Source of the DNA: Myxococcota bacterium
GTDB taxonomy: Bacteria > Myxococcota > UBA4151
Length of the DNA: 25,095 nucleotides
Assembly: GCA_040260805.1 (NCBI GenBank)
Contig: JBDQPD010000047.1
Span: 1 to 25,095 of the forward strand
Direction: 5' to 3'
Shown: piece by piece, positions 17,551-25,095 of the stretch
Numbering within the stretch: the first letter of the stretch is position 1
Layout: every line of letters begins with the position of its first letter
Notes under the pieces: generated by a model
Told to the model about the DNA's origin: nothing
The model's input: the letters and a program-made list of their open reading frames with translations, nothing else
Database searches by the model: none
Program-made: the position numbers and the translations under genes

Positions 17551-18653
17551 TCGCTCTTAGCGGTTTTGTTATCGCCTTGGCATGCAGCGCCGCTGGCTTC
17601 CCCGACGCCGACTGGCAAGCAGTCGAAACCCCAGCCGCAGCGGGGGCTAAAGCGGCGATGGAAGCGCACGCCTTCACCCTGACAGGCGAGGACATCGAAC
17701 GGCTCGGCGTTCGCACCGATTCGTTGCTTATTTTACACCGCGGACAGCTAATTTACGAGCGCTATGGGCGCGGTTTTGGACCTGAAAACCCTCACCTTTT
17801 ATGGAGCGTGACCAAGAGCATTATGGGCACCTTGGTCGGACGCGCCGTCCACGAGGGATTAATCAATCTAGACGAGTCGATTTGCACCTATGACGACGAG
17901 GTGCCCGAGGCGCTTTGCGCGATACGCGTCCTTGATCTTTTGCAGTTCACCTCGGGGATTGATTTCAAAGAAAGTTACGAGGGCGAGCGCAATCAGGTCT
18001 CGAGCGTCTTAGCGATGCTCTACGGCGTGGGTTCAGACGACATGGCGCAGTTTGTTACGGAGCATCCTGTGCGTGACGCGCCGGGCGAGACCTTCTCGTA
18101 TTCGACGGGAGATGCGGTCTTACTGGCGCGAGTTTTGGGTAAGGCGGTAAGCTCAACTTTTGGAGCCGATTTTCCGTGGGCGATGCTCTTTGATCGATTG
18201 GGCATCACATCGGCGACGATCGAGCAGGATAAAGCGGGCACTTATGTCGGGGGATCCTACGGCTATATGACGCCTCGTGACCTTCTACGCTTTGGTTACT
18301 TCTTGAGGCGCGGCGGGTGTTGGAAGGGCGAGCAGCTGCTCGCTACGGATTGGGTCGACAAGGCGACGGTCCCGAACCCTGCGATGACTAAAAGGGCGCT
18401 CTGTTGCGCCGATCATGACGTCAACGGCCGATCCTTTTGGCTTAATCGAGCCGTCCCGGAAACCGATCGGGTGCAGCGCTGGCCTGATGCGCCAGAGGAT
18501 ACGTTTGCCGGCGCAGGGCATTGGGGTCAGTACCTTTGGGTCATCCCATCAAAGGATTTGGTCGTGGTGCGCTTTGGCGATGACCGAGACAAAACGCACG
18601 ACTCGAACGAGCTGTTGCGCTTGGTCATCGAGTGGACGGACCAGCTCCCATGA
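17547..18653 (+). CDS. Serine hydrolase of the beta-lactamase (class C / esterase-like) family, exported
   Basis: SxxK (WSVTKS), FSYST (YxN-equivalent), GHWGQY, LVVVRFG. ATGA-coupled start at 17547 with GGAG upstream; short signal with a possible lipobox ALAC. Confidence 0.9.
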   Translation: MIALSGFVIALACSAAGFPDADWQAVETPAAAGAKAAMEAHAFTLTGEDIERLGVRTDSLLILHRGQLIYERYGRGFGPENPHLLWSVTKSIMGTLVGRAVHEGLINLDESICTYDDEVPEALCAIRVLDLLQFTSGIDFKESYEGERNQVSSVLAMLYGVGSDDMAQFVTEHPVRDAPGETFSYSTGDAVLLARVLGKAVSSTFGADFPWAMLFDRLGITSATIEQDKAGTYVGGSYGYMTPRDLLRFGYFLRRGGCWKGEQLLATDWVDKATVPNPAMTKRALCCADHDVNGRSFWLNRAVPETDRVQRWPDAPEDTFAGAGHWGQYLWVIPSKDLVVVRFGDDRDKTHDSNELLRLVIEWTDQLP

Positions 18654-18937
18654 AGCTCCTTACGATGCTGATTATGGTGACTTTCTCTGCCTGCGGCTCA
18701 GGCTATGACAACCACGACTTAGAGCTGCTCACTCGATACCGAGCTAAAGACCTCTGCAGCTGCGTTTTTGTGCAAAATCGAGACGATCAGTACTGCATCG
18801 ACTGGACGGTCGCGAGCCCCGATCTAGCGACCGTACGGATTGATCACGAGACGCAAACAGTGACCACCGAGGCGATGTTCTTTTGGGCGGGTAAGGCTCG
18901 CTTCGTCGATGCTCGTCGAGGCTGTGTCCTCGAATGA
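18650..18937 (+). CDS. Small Cys-containing lipoprotein accompanying the serine hydrolase
   Basis: ATGA overlap with both neighbours; lipobox FSAC; YRAKDLCSCVFV ... C ... RGCVL pattern. Confidence 0.7.
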   Translation: MKLLTMLIMVTFSACGSGYDNHDLELLTRYRAKDLCSCVFVQNRDDQYCIDWTVASPDLATVRIDHETQTVTTEAMFFWAGKARFVDARRGCVLE

Positions 18938-19875
18938 GCGACGCGCCACCTGACCATCACGACCTCGACGAGCTCGTCATCATCCCGAAGCTGACCGCCT
19001 CATCGCTTCGTCTGGTCGTGCAGAGTCTCGCGGTCGGTGTGTTTGTCTGGTGCGGCGTGTTGACGCTGGTGATCGAGGAGTTTTTTAAGCCAAAATATGC
19101 GCTCTGGATGATCGGAAGCTCGCTCGCGCTGGTGATTCTTGAAGCGCTCCTCAGGGCATTTGAGCGTCGCCGTGATCGAGGCGCAGCCTTGGAGCCTCCT
19201 GCGCGTCCTTGGTACGACGTCCACCGCCTGATCTATGGAACCTTTGTTGGCGTGATCACCGTCTGGCTGGCGATGGAGCTCGGGTCATCGTTTGGTCTGT
19301 ATCATTACGCCTGGTCCTTTACCTTTCGAAGCCCGCTCTTTGTCTGGGGCTTACCCTCTGCGCTGCTCTGGGTGGCGGGTTCGGGGTTACGCTTTGGGGC
19401 GCACGGGCGGCGCTACAGCCTTCGTCACCGACTGATTGCGCTGAGACATGTCGTCCAAAGTGTTGTCGCTGGCGCTGCCTTGTTTCATCTGCTGACCTTG
19501 GTGATCAAGGTGCCTTCAGCGGCTCATTTCGCGCTGCCTAAATCCCTCGCAGCGCTCCTCGTGGTGCATCTATTTTTTATCGCTTCGGTTGAGCGCGTGT
19601 CGAGGCGTCGCCCAGGCAGCGCAGCGCAAGCCTCGGGTCTGCTCCTACAGGGGCGTTACGCCACTTGGTTTTGGGGTGGGGGTATCGTGCTGGGCCATCT
19701 GTTGCCGGTGCTGATTGCTGCTCGAGACCTCCCCAAACTCGATACCTTTGCGGTTCTGTCTGCGCTGTTTGGCGTCTACGCCTACCAACACGCCTTCGTC
19801 CTCGCCGACCGGCGAGCGCTCGCCGAAACAACAAATCCCATAGGGGGCGATGACAGCGGACCTGACTTCCCGTAG
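18934..19875 (+). CDS. Polytopic membrane protein, C-terminal half NrfD/PsrC-like
   Basis: About 8 hydrophobic segments. HVVQSVVAGAA, GRYATWFWGGGIVLGHLLP and GVYAYQHAFVLA resemble the C-terminal helices of NrfD/polysulfide-reductase membrane anchors. The family call is tentative. Confidence 0.5.
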   Translation: MSDAPPDHHDLDELVIIPKLTASSLRLVVQSLAVGVFVWCGVLTLVIEEFFKPKYALWMIGSSLALVILEALLRAFERRRDRGAALEPPARPWYDVHRLIYGTFVGVITVWLAMELGSSFGLYHYAWSFTFRSPLFVWGLPSALLWVAGSGLRFGAHGRRYSLRHRLIALRHVVQSVVAGAALFHLLTLVIKVPSAAHFALPKSLAALLVVHLFFIASVERVSRRRPGSAAQASGLLLQGRYATWFWGGGIVLGHLLPVLIAARDLPKLDTFAVLSALFGVYAYQHAFVLADRRALAETTNPIGGDDSGPDFP

Positions 19876-19905
19876 GGAAGAATAGACCCCAACCCCGGAG
19901 CCTCT

Positions 19906-21003
19906 ATGCGCATCCTCGCTCTCGCCTTGTTTGCTACTCCCCTTCATTCGGCGCTCGCAGACGGTGGCGGATCCTCGGTGAGCTACCAGCCTACCGCTAC
20001 GACTGCGGAGATGGTGCTGTTTAAAAATGCATCGAAAGAGGTGGCGTTGGGGCTTAAGGGGCAGCTTTACATGGCGCCTTTAGCTGGCGGCGATGCGCAG
20101 ACTCGAAACGGCGATGCGACGGACGCCGTGGGCTTTGGCGTGGGCAGCGCCGGGCTAGCGGTTAAGGCGACTCTGGGCGGCGACGTTGAGCTGTATCTGG
20201 GGTTGAACCCCTTAGAGGGCGGCGAGCTCGAAGATCTGCGCGTGACCTGGACCTATCTGAACAAGGGCGGCAACCGCGGCAGTTTGGGTTTGGGTGTTGC
20301 TCAGGTTCCGTACAGCCGCTCGCTGTCACGCAGCTCGAGCACCATGCGCTTTATGACCAAGCCAATCAGCAGCGGCGAAGCAGCGATTGGTGAGCGCATG
20401 GGGTTGACGGCTGAAGGCAGTTATTACGGCGGTAAGGTCGGGTACTTGCTCGGCCTCTACAACGGCGGCGATGAGCTCAAGACCAACCGAGCTGGCTTGG
20501 GCTACGGAGCGCGCATCGAATCGGCGCCGCTCGGCGCTTTGGCTGCTCTGGTTCCCAACAAGCTCCGGGTCCACGTCGGCGCAGGCTTTGTGCTCGATCA
20601 AGGGCCCAGCGTGCAGACCACTGCGATCAGCGGAGATCTAACGATCGAGGGGCCTGGCGGCTGGCAGCTCTTTGCGGAGTACTTGATGGACTCACGTGAT
20701 CCGCTCGCTCAACCGGTGCTCCCGGCGACGCTCCCAGGCACCGTGGATCGACAGGTGATCATCGTCGAAGCGACGGCGTTTGTTTGGAACGATCGTCTCG
20801 AGCTTGCGGCTCGCTTTGAGCAGTACGATAACAACAAGAATTTGAGTGATCACGGCGACCAACAGGTGATCACCGGGGGCGCGAGTCTGTACTTCAAGGG
20901 GCATAACCTGAAGCTGCAAACCAACTACATTCATCGCAACGAAACCGAGGGTGTCAGCCTGGATAACGATGTGCTGCTCTTCGGCGTGGCGGCTTCGCTC
21001 TGA
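19906..21003 (+). CDS. Outer-membrane porin, OprO/OprP-like (tentative)
   Basis: GGAG RBS; signal peptide ending in ALA; beta-strand pattern with QVPYSR, GLYNG, ELAARFEQYD, GASLYFKGHNLKLQTNY. Confidence 0.6.
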   Translation: MRILALALFATPLHSALADGGGSSVSYQPTATTAEMVLFKNASKEVALGLKGQLYMAPLAGGDAQTRNGDATDAVGFGVGSAGLAVKATLGGDVELYLGLNPLEGGELEDLRVTWTYLNKGGNRGSLGLGVAQVPYSRSLSRSSSTMRFMTKPISSGEAAIGERMGLTAEGSYYGGKVGYLLGLYNGGDELKTNRAGLGYGARIESAPLGALAALVPNKLRVHVGAGFVLDQGPSVQTTAISGDLTIEGPGGWQLFAEYLMDSRDPLAQPVLPATLPGTVDRQVIIVEATAFVWNDRLELAARFEQYDNNKNLSDHGDQQVITGGASLYFKGHNLKLQTNYIHRNETEGVSLDNDVLLFGVAASL

Positions 21004-24000
21004 TGCGTACGCTCATCGTACTTGCAGCGGTTGCTACCGCCTGCAGCCCACCAGCGGACCGAACGTACGCTGAGGTGCTCAAGATTGAGCATCGCTCGCA
21101 GCTGATCGGCGGTCCAGGTGCGCAGGGCGGCGTGGGCGATTATCTCATTCAAAATGATAAGATTCGGATCATCATCCACGCTCGCGCTGGCGACACCGGC
21201 AGCTCGACGACTTTTGGTGGCACCATCCTTGACGCCGATCTGCAGCGCCCAGAGGTGGAGTTCAGTGGCGGTCGCGGGCGGGACAGCCTTTATGAGGTGG
21301 CGCCGCTGGTCAGTCTGGCGGTGGTGCGACCTGACGCAACGACAGCTTTTACGACTCGAACCACGGACGACGGCGCAGCGGTGCTGCGCATCGAGAGCAC
21401 GATGGGGAACATCGTGGATGTGATCGCCTTGTTTGGCAGCGTCGTGCCTGAGCTTGCGGTGCAAGACATGTGGTTCGCTATCGAATACGAATTGCGTCCG
21501 GGCGAGAACTTCTTACGCATCACGGTCGAAGCCTTTCGCGAGGGTGAGCCGGTGGAGGGCGCAGAGGTTGTTGATATGGCGACCATCGAGGGCTCGGAGC
21601 CGTTCATCAGTATCTTGAAGGGCAGCCGCGAGGTCGGCGCGATGACGCCATGCGATGGCGACGATGAGGTCTGCCCTGATGGGCAAAGCTGTCAAACCGT
21701 TCAAGATGCGCGCGTCTGTCGTGCGCTCGACGCCGAAATCGGTGGACTGTTTGGAGGCTGGCTGGCGCTGATCGGCAAGAAGGTTAAAAACTTCGTCCCC
21801 GGTAACGGCTTTGACCCGTGGTTGACGCTTAAGTCGGCGGCGGCTCAGGGCGCTGATTTCTTCGCCAACCCGGCACCCTTTTTGTTCATGGCGGGCGCCG
21901 GCGATCGAGTCAGCTACGCCCTGCACACCGAAGGCGATCTGCTGATCCCCGTAGCGACCAGCGCGTTCACCTTGGCGATTAGCCACGAGGCGCATTGCAC
22001 CTTGGACGCTCCGAATTGCCTGCGCGGCAAAGGGGTTCGCATGAAGGGCTACTTTGCGGTGGGTGAGGGGGATGTCGCCTCGGCGATCGACGGCTTGATC
22101 ACGATGCGTGATCTCCCGGCTGCGTCGCTAGAGGGCGTCGTCCTTGATCAACGCACGGGAGAGCCCGTGTCAAAGGCTGACGTGATGGTCTTTGCGGATC
22201 CGTGGCCGACTGCGAGCGACGCAGAGGTCGAGAACAAGACCTATCGCGAGCTGGTCGACGCTCACCGCGCTGCGACCACTGATGCGGTCAACACCTCGGG
22301 TCTAGCCGGTATGATTACGCACATGCGCTCCGACGTGGGCGTCGATGATGTCCTGGACGGCACCTTCTCGGGGCGCGTAATTCTACCCGGCGGTGGCGGC
22401 GCGCAGCGAGTGTTCTTAGTGGCGCGTGATCATGAGCAGCTGAGCGAACCCGTCGCGGTGAGGCTTGGCGCTGAAACGGCTCAAGCCGTGGTGGTCTTGC
22501 CGCAGCAGGGTCATGTAGACGTCGAGGTGCGTGATGAGAGCGGTCTACGCGTTCCAGCTCGTGTGACCATCGGTCGTTGCATGCCAGAATGCGCCGTGGA
22601 CGCCGATTGCTCAGATGACGCAAGTAAGGTCTGTCACGCCACCGATCGCCGCTGCGTGCCGGCGGGAGGATGCTCGGTCGATACGGACTGCGACCCGGAT
22701 GAGCGCTGCGACACCGGCTCATCCCAATGCATCTGCGATGGTGGCAGTCAGCTGCCGACAGAGCTTGGTGGGCACTGGCCTGTCGATGGGGTGACGGAGC
22801 GTCATTACGTGGGGCCTTCAGGCGAGTCCTTCGAGCTGCCAGCCGGCGTTTACGAGGTGATCGCCTCACGCGGCATCGAGTACAGCATCGATCGCAGCTA
22901 CGTCGAGCTCAAGGCGGGCCGCCACACTCGATTGATCGCCCACGTCAACCGGGTGGTCGATACCGCCGGATTTATCTCTGCCGATTTTCATGTCCACGGC
23001 GCCAATAGCCCGGACTCTGCGGTCCCGAGCGCTGTTCGGGTGATGAGCTTTGCGGGTGAGGGCGTCGAGTTGTTAACCTCGACCGATCACGACATGCTCA
23101 CCGATTATCAGCCGACCTTGCGCGTGCTGGGTTTGGAGCCGTGGCTGACCACCCAAAATGGGGTGGAGAGCTCGCCGCTGATGCTCAGTCACTTCTTGGG
23201 CTTTCCCATGGACATCGACATGACCCAGCCGCAGCAGATGCCCTCGAAGACACGCTGGGACTGGTACGCTCGCGACCCCCAATCGATCATGACGAAAATT
23301 CGTGGCAATGGGACGCTAGGCGGCGAACAAGATGCGGTGGTTCTTCTAGCCCACGTCTACGATTACTTTAACTATTACGAGCTCAACTCTTACAACCTAG
23401 AGGCAGAGGGCAACGCGCTCTTCGCGCTCGCAGATCCGATCCTGGATGCGCAGTATTTTAGCGGTGAGTTTGATGGCTTTGAGATCGCTAACGGCAAGAG
23501 TCAGGATTACATTCGCAAACCGACGGTCGCTGAGATGCGTGGCTACAACGTGGCGCTGCAGGCTTTAGTTGAGCGGCTTCAATCGGGTGCGCTGGATCTA
23601 GCGAGTTTCTCGAAAGAGCATCAGTCGCTCGGTCGTCAGGTGATCGGTCAGATGCTGAGCCGAACCCCTGCAGAGCAAGACGCCTTTATGGACGCTACAC
23701 AGGGTGTCGACTGTTCGTGCATGCCGGCAGCGAGCTGCGCCGTTGAGGCGCCGGATCAGGCGCCATGTCTCGAGCCACGAGGTGTGGTTGAAGATTGGTT
23801 CCGGATGGCGAACTCCGGTATTTTCCGGACCGGCGTCGCCAACTCCGACACACACGATCTATGGGAGATCGAAGCGGGGATGCCGCGCAATTACGTGGTC
23901 AGCCCCACCGATTCACCAGTGCAGATTGATCACGACACCATCGACAACAACGTGCTCGCAGGTCAGGTGGTAGCGACCTACGGTCCCTTTATCCGCTTTA

Positions 24001-24503
24001 CGGTTGATGATCAGGGCGTGGGTTCGGAGGTGACGGCGTCGGGCTCCGTGCGTTTGTCCGTTGAGGTGCAATCGCCGACTTGGTTCGATGTCGACCGAGT
24101 TGAGATCTACCGCAACGGGCGCCTGCTTCGGATCGTGCAAGCTTGCACGGCTGAGGGGCAGAGCGACTGTATTGTCAGCCCCAATACTCAGGTCAAGAAC
24201 CTGCATTTAGTGTTTGATGATGAGCCGGCTCAAGACAGCTGGTACGCCGTGGCAGCCATGGGCATTAATGGCCGCGATCTCTCGCCAGTTTATAGCTCGC
24301 AACCGCTCGCTCGACTCGGCTTTAATGAGACCGTGGACAGCCTGGGGTCGATCCTGCCGGTGGACATCGGCGGTGGCTCGATGGTTGAACCCAGCGTTTA
24401 TCCGGTGCTGCCTTATGCGATAACCAATCCGATTCGGGTGATCATGGATGGGGACGGACAGTTTACGCCCCCATCGGGTCGCCGCCCGCGCTGGGAACCT
24501 TAG
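21003..24503 (+). CDS. Large lipoprotein with a PHP-like CehA/McbA-family metallohydrolase domain and Cys-rich inserts
   Basis: Lipobox ATAC; LPAGVYEVIASRGIEY, SADFHVHG, STDHD, GVE, FEIANG, ANSDTH, PRNYV, GPF, AITNPI. TGATG coupling to the porin gene. Confidence 0.8.
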   Translation: MRTLIVLAAVATACSPPADRTYAEVLKIEHRSQLIGGPGAQGGVGDYLIQNDKIRIIIHARAGDTGSSTTFGGTILDADLQRPEVEFSGGRGRDSLYEVAPLVSLAVVRPDATTAFTTRTTDDGAAVLRIESTMGNIVDVIALFGSVVPELAVQDMWFAIEYELRPGENFLRITVEAFREGEPVEGAEVVDMATIEGSEPFISILKGSREVGAMTPCDGDDEVCPDGQSCQTVQDARVCRALDAEIGGLFGGWLALIGKKVKNFVPGNGFDPWLTLKSAAAQGADFFANPAPFLFMAGAGDRVSYALHTEGDLLIPVATSAFTLAISHEAHCTLDAPNCLRGKGVRMKGYFAVGEGDVASAIDGLITMRDLPAASLEGVVLDQRTGEPVSKADVMVFADPWPTASDAEVENKTYRELVDAHRAATTDAVNTSGLAGMITHMRSDVGVDDVLDGTFSGRVILPGGGGAQRVFLVARDHEQLSEPVAVRLGAETAQAVVVLPQQGHVDVEVRDESGLRVPARVTIGRCMPECAVDADCSDDASKVCHATDRRCVPAGGCSVDTDCDPDERCDTGSSQCICDGGSQLPTELGGHWPVDGVTERHYVGPSGESFELPAGVYEVIASRGIEYSIDRSYVELKAGRHTRLIAHVNRVVDTAGFISADFHVHGANSPDSAVPSAVRVMSFAGEGVELLTSTDHDMLTDYQPTLRVLGLEPWLTTQNGVESSPLMLSHFLGFPMDIDMTQPQQMPSKTRWDWYARDPQSIMTKIRGNGTLGGEQDAVVLLAHVYDYFNYYELNSYNLEAEGNALFALADPILDAQYFSGEFDGFEIANGKSQDYIRKPTVAEMRGYNVALQALVERLQSGALDLASFSKEHQSLGRQVIGQMLSRTPAEQDAFMDATQGVDCSCMPAASCAVEAPDQAPCLEPRGVVEDWFRMANSGIFRTGVANSDTHDLWEIEAGMPRNYVVSPTDSPVQIDHDTIDNNVLAGQVVATYGPFIRFTVDDQGVGSEVTASGSVRLSVEVQSPTWFDVDRVEIYRNGRLLRIVQACTAEGQSDCIVSPNTQVKNLHLVFDDEPAQDSWYAVAAMGINGRDLSPVYSSQPLARLGFNETVDSLGSILPVDIGGGSMVEPSVYPVLPYAITNPIRVIMDGDGQFTPPSGRRPRWEP

Positions 24504-24509
24504 GCGAGC

Positions 24510-25095
24510 ATGGCGCGAACGGTTCACCCCGCCCCGACCGGGGAAGTAGCGATCATCTTCTCCGACGTTCAGGACTCGACGGTCCTGTGGGATCGCGCCG
24601 CGCATTCGATGCAAGCCGCGCTGGAGCTGCACGACAAGCTTTTGGCTGAAGTGATCGCCGATTTTGGCTGCTACCAAGTCAAGAACAAGGGCGACGCGTT
24701 CATGATCGCAGCGCCCGACGCAACCACCGCGCTCAAGCTCTGCTTTGAAGCCCAGCGGCGGCTCCTTGGCTGCCCGTGGCCCGGGGCGATCCTGCATCAG
24801 CCCTCGGGCGCCGAGGTCCTCGATGAAGCGGGAGAGGTCATCTTTCGCGGCTTGCGGGTGCGGATGGGGGTCCATGTCGGGCGACCGCGTCGTAAAGCCG
24901 ACCCCACGACGGGTAGAATGGATTATGTCGGCGGCATGGTGAACCGCGCGGCGCGCGTCGCCGATGCCGCGCACGGTGGGCAAATCCTGATCTCGGATGC
25001 TGCCTTTCGTGCCCTTGATGAGGACTTCACGCCCGATCTTTACGACCTCGGTGTGCACCGACTGCGTGGTCTGCGGCGCGAAGAGCACCTGCGCC
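24510..25095 (+). CDS. Class III adenylate cyclase catalytic domain protein, 3'-truncated by window edge
   Basis: Own translation from ATG 24510: MARTVHPAPTGEVAIIFSDVQDSTVLWD...YQVKNKGDAFMIA...GLRVRMGVHVG...DPTTGRMDYVGGMVNRAARV...GGQILIS. Both metal-binding Asp, the ATP-specifying Lys/Asp pair and NxxxR are present. No stop in the window, hence absent from the ORF track. Confidence 0.92.
   Translation, partial: MARTVHPAPTGEVAIIFSDVQDSTVLWDRAAHSMQAALELHDKLLAEVIADFGCYQVKNKGDAFMIAAPDATTALKLCFEAQRRLLGCPWPGAILHQPSGAEVLDEAGEVIFRGLRVRMGVHVGRPRRKADPTTGRMDYVGGMVNRAARVADAAHGGQILISDAAFRALDEDFTPDLYDLGVHRLRGLRREEHLR

Noticed and set aside
17547..18653. Antibiotic-resistance beta-lactamase (ampC)
   Set aside because: It has YST and GHW rather than YxN and KTG, which fits the broad esterase/amidase-like serine hydrolases; no resistance claim is supportable.
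24207..25088. 293-aa minus-strand ORF
   Set aside because: It lies antisense to the clear adenylate cyclase and to the end of the metallohydrolase, and has no recognisable motifs.

Overview
GC-rich, gene-dense bacterial window. It most likely comes from Myxococcota or a related deltaproteobacterium; this is inferred from Myxococcus-type Cys-rich repeats and a MYXO-CTERM-like tail. I can support about 19 CDSs, mostly envelope or secreted proteins. Left part: two Cys-rich repeat (DUF4215/Myxo_Cys_rpt-type) surface proteins in opposite orientations, each with an unrelated non-repeat domain after a shared junction repeat, plus a decayed stub of a third paralog. Between them lie a HAD + class I glutamine amidotransferase pair, a surface-anchored PAP-like metallophosphoesterase, an MBOAT + SGNH acyl-transfer pair, and a lower-GC HMA-lipoprotein + outer-membrane-protein cassette with a near-consensus sigma70 promoter. 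Middle: a DUF1592-type CxxCH lipoprotein with a CBM-like insert, its Tat-exported DUF1552 partner, and a YkuE-like phosphoesterase. Right: a tightly packed + strand run of membrane protein, serine hydrolase, small Cys lipoprotein, NrfD-like protein, porin, CehA/McbA-like metallohydrolase and a class III adenylate cyclase; the cyclase runs off the window and is absent from the ORF track. I saw no rRNA, tRNA, CRISPR array, transposase, integrase or reverse transcriptase. All family calls come from reading motifs, not from database searches. The best candidates for undescribed biology are the modular stalk + variable-tip Cys-repeat protein family and the HMA/outer-membrane cassette.
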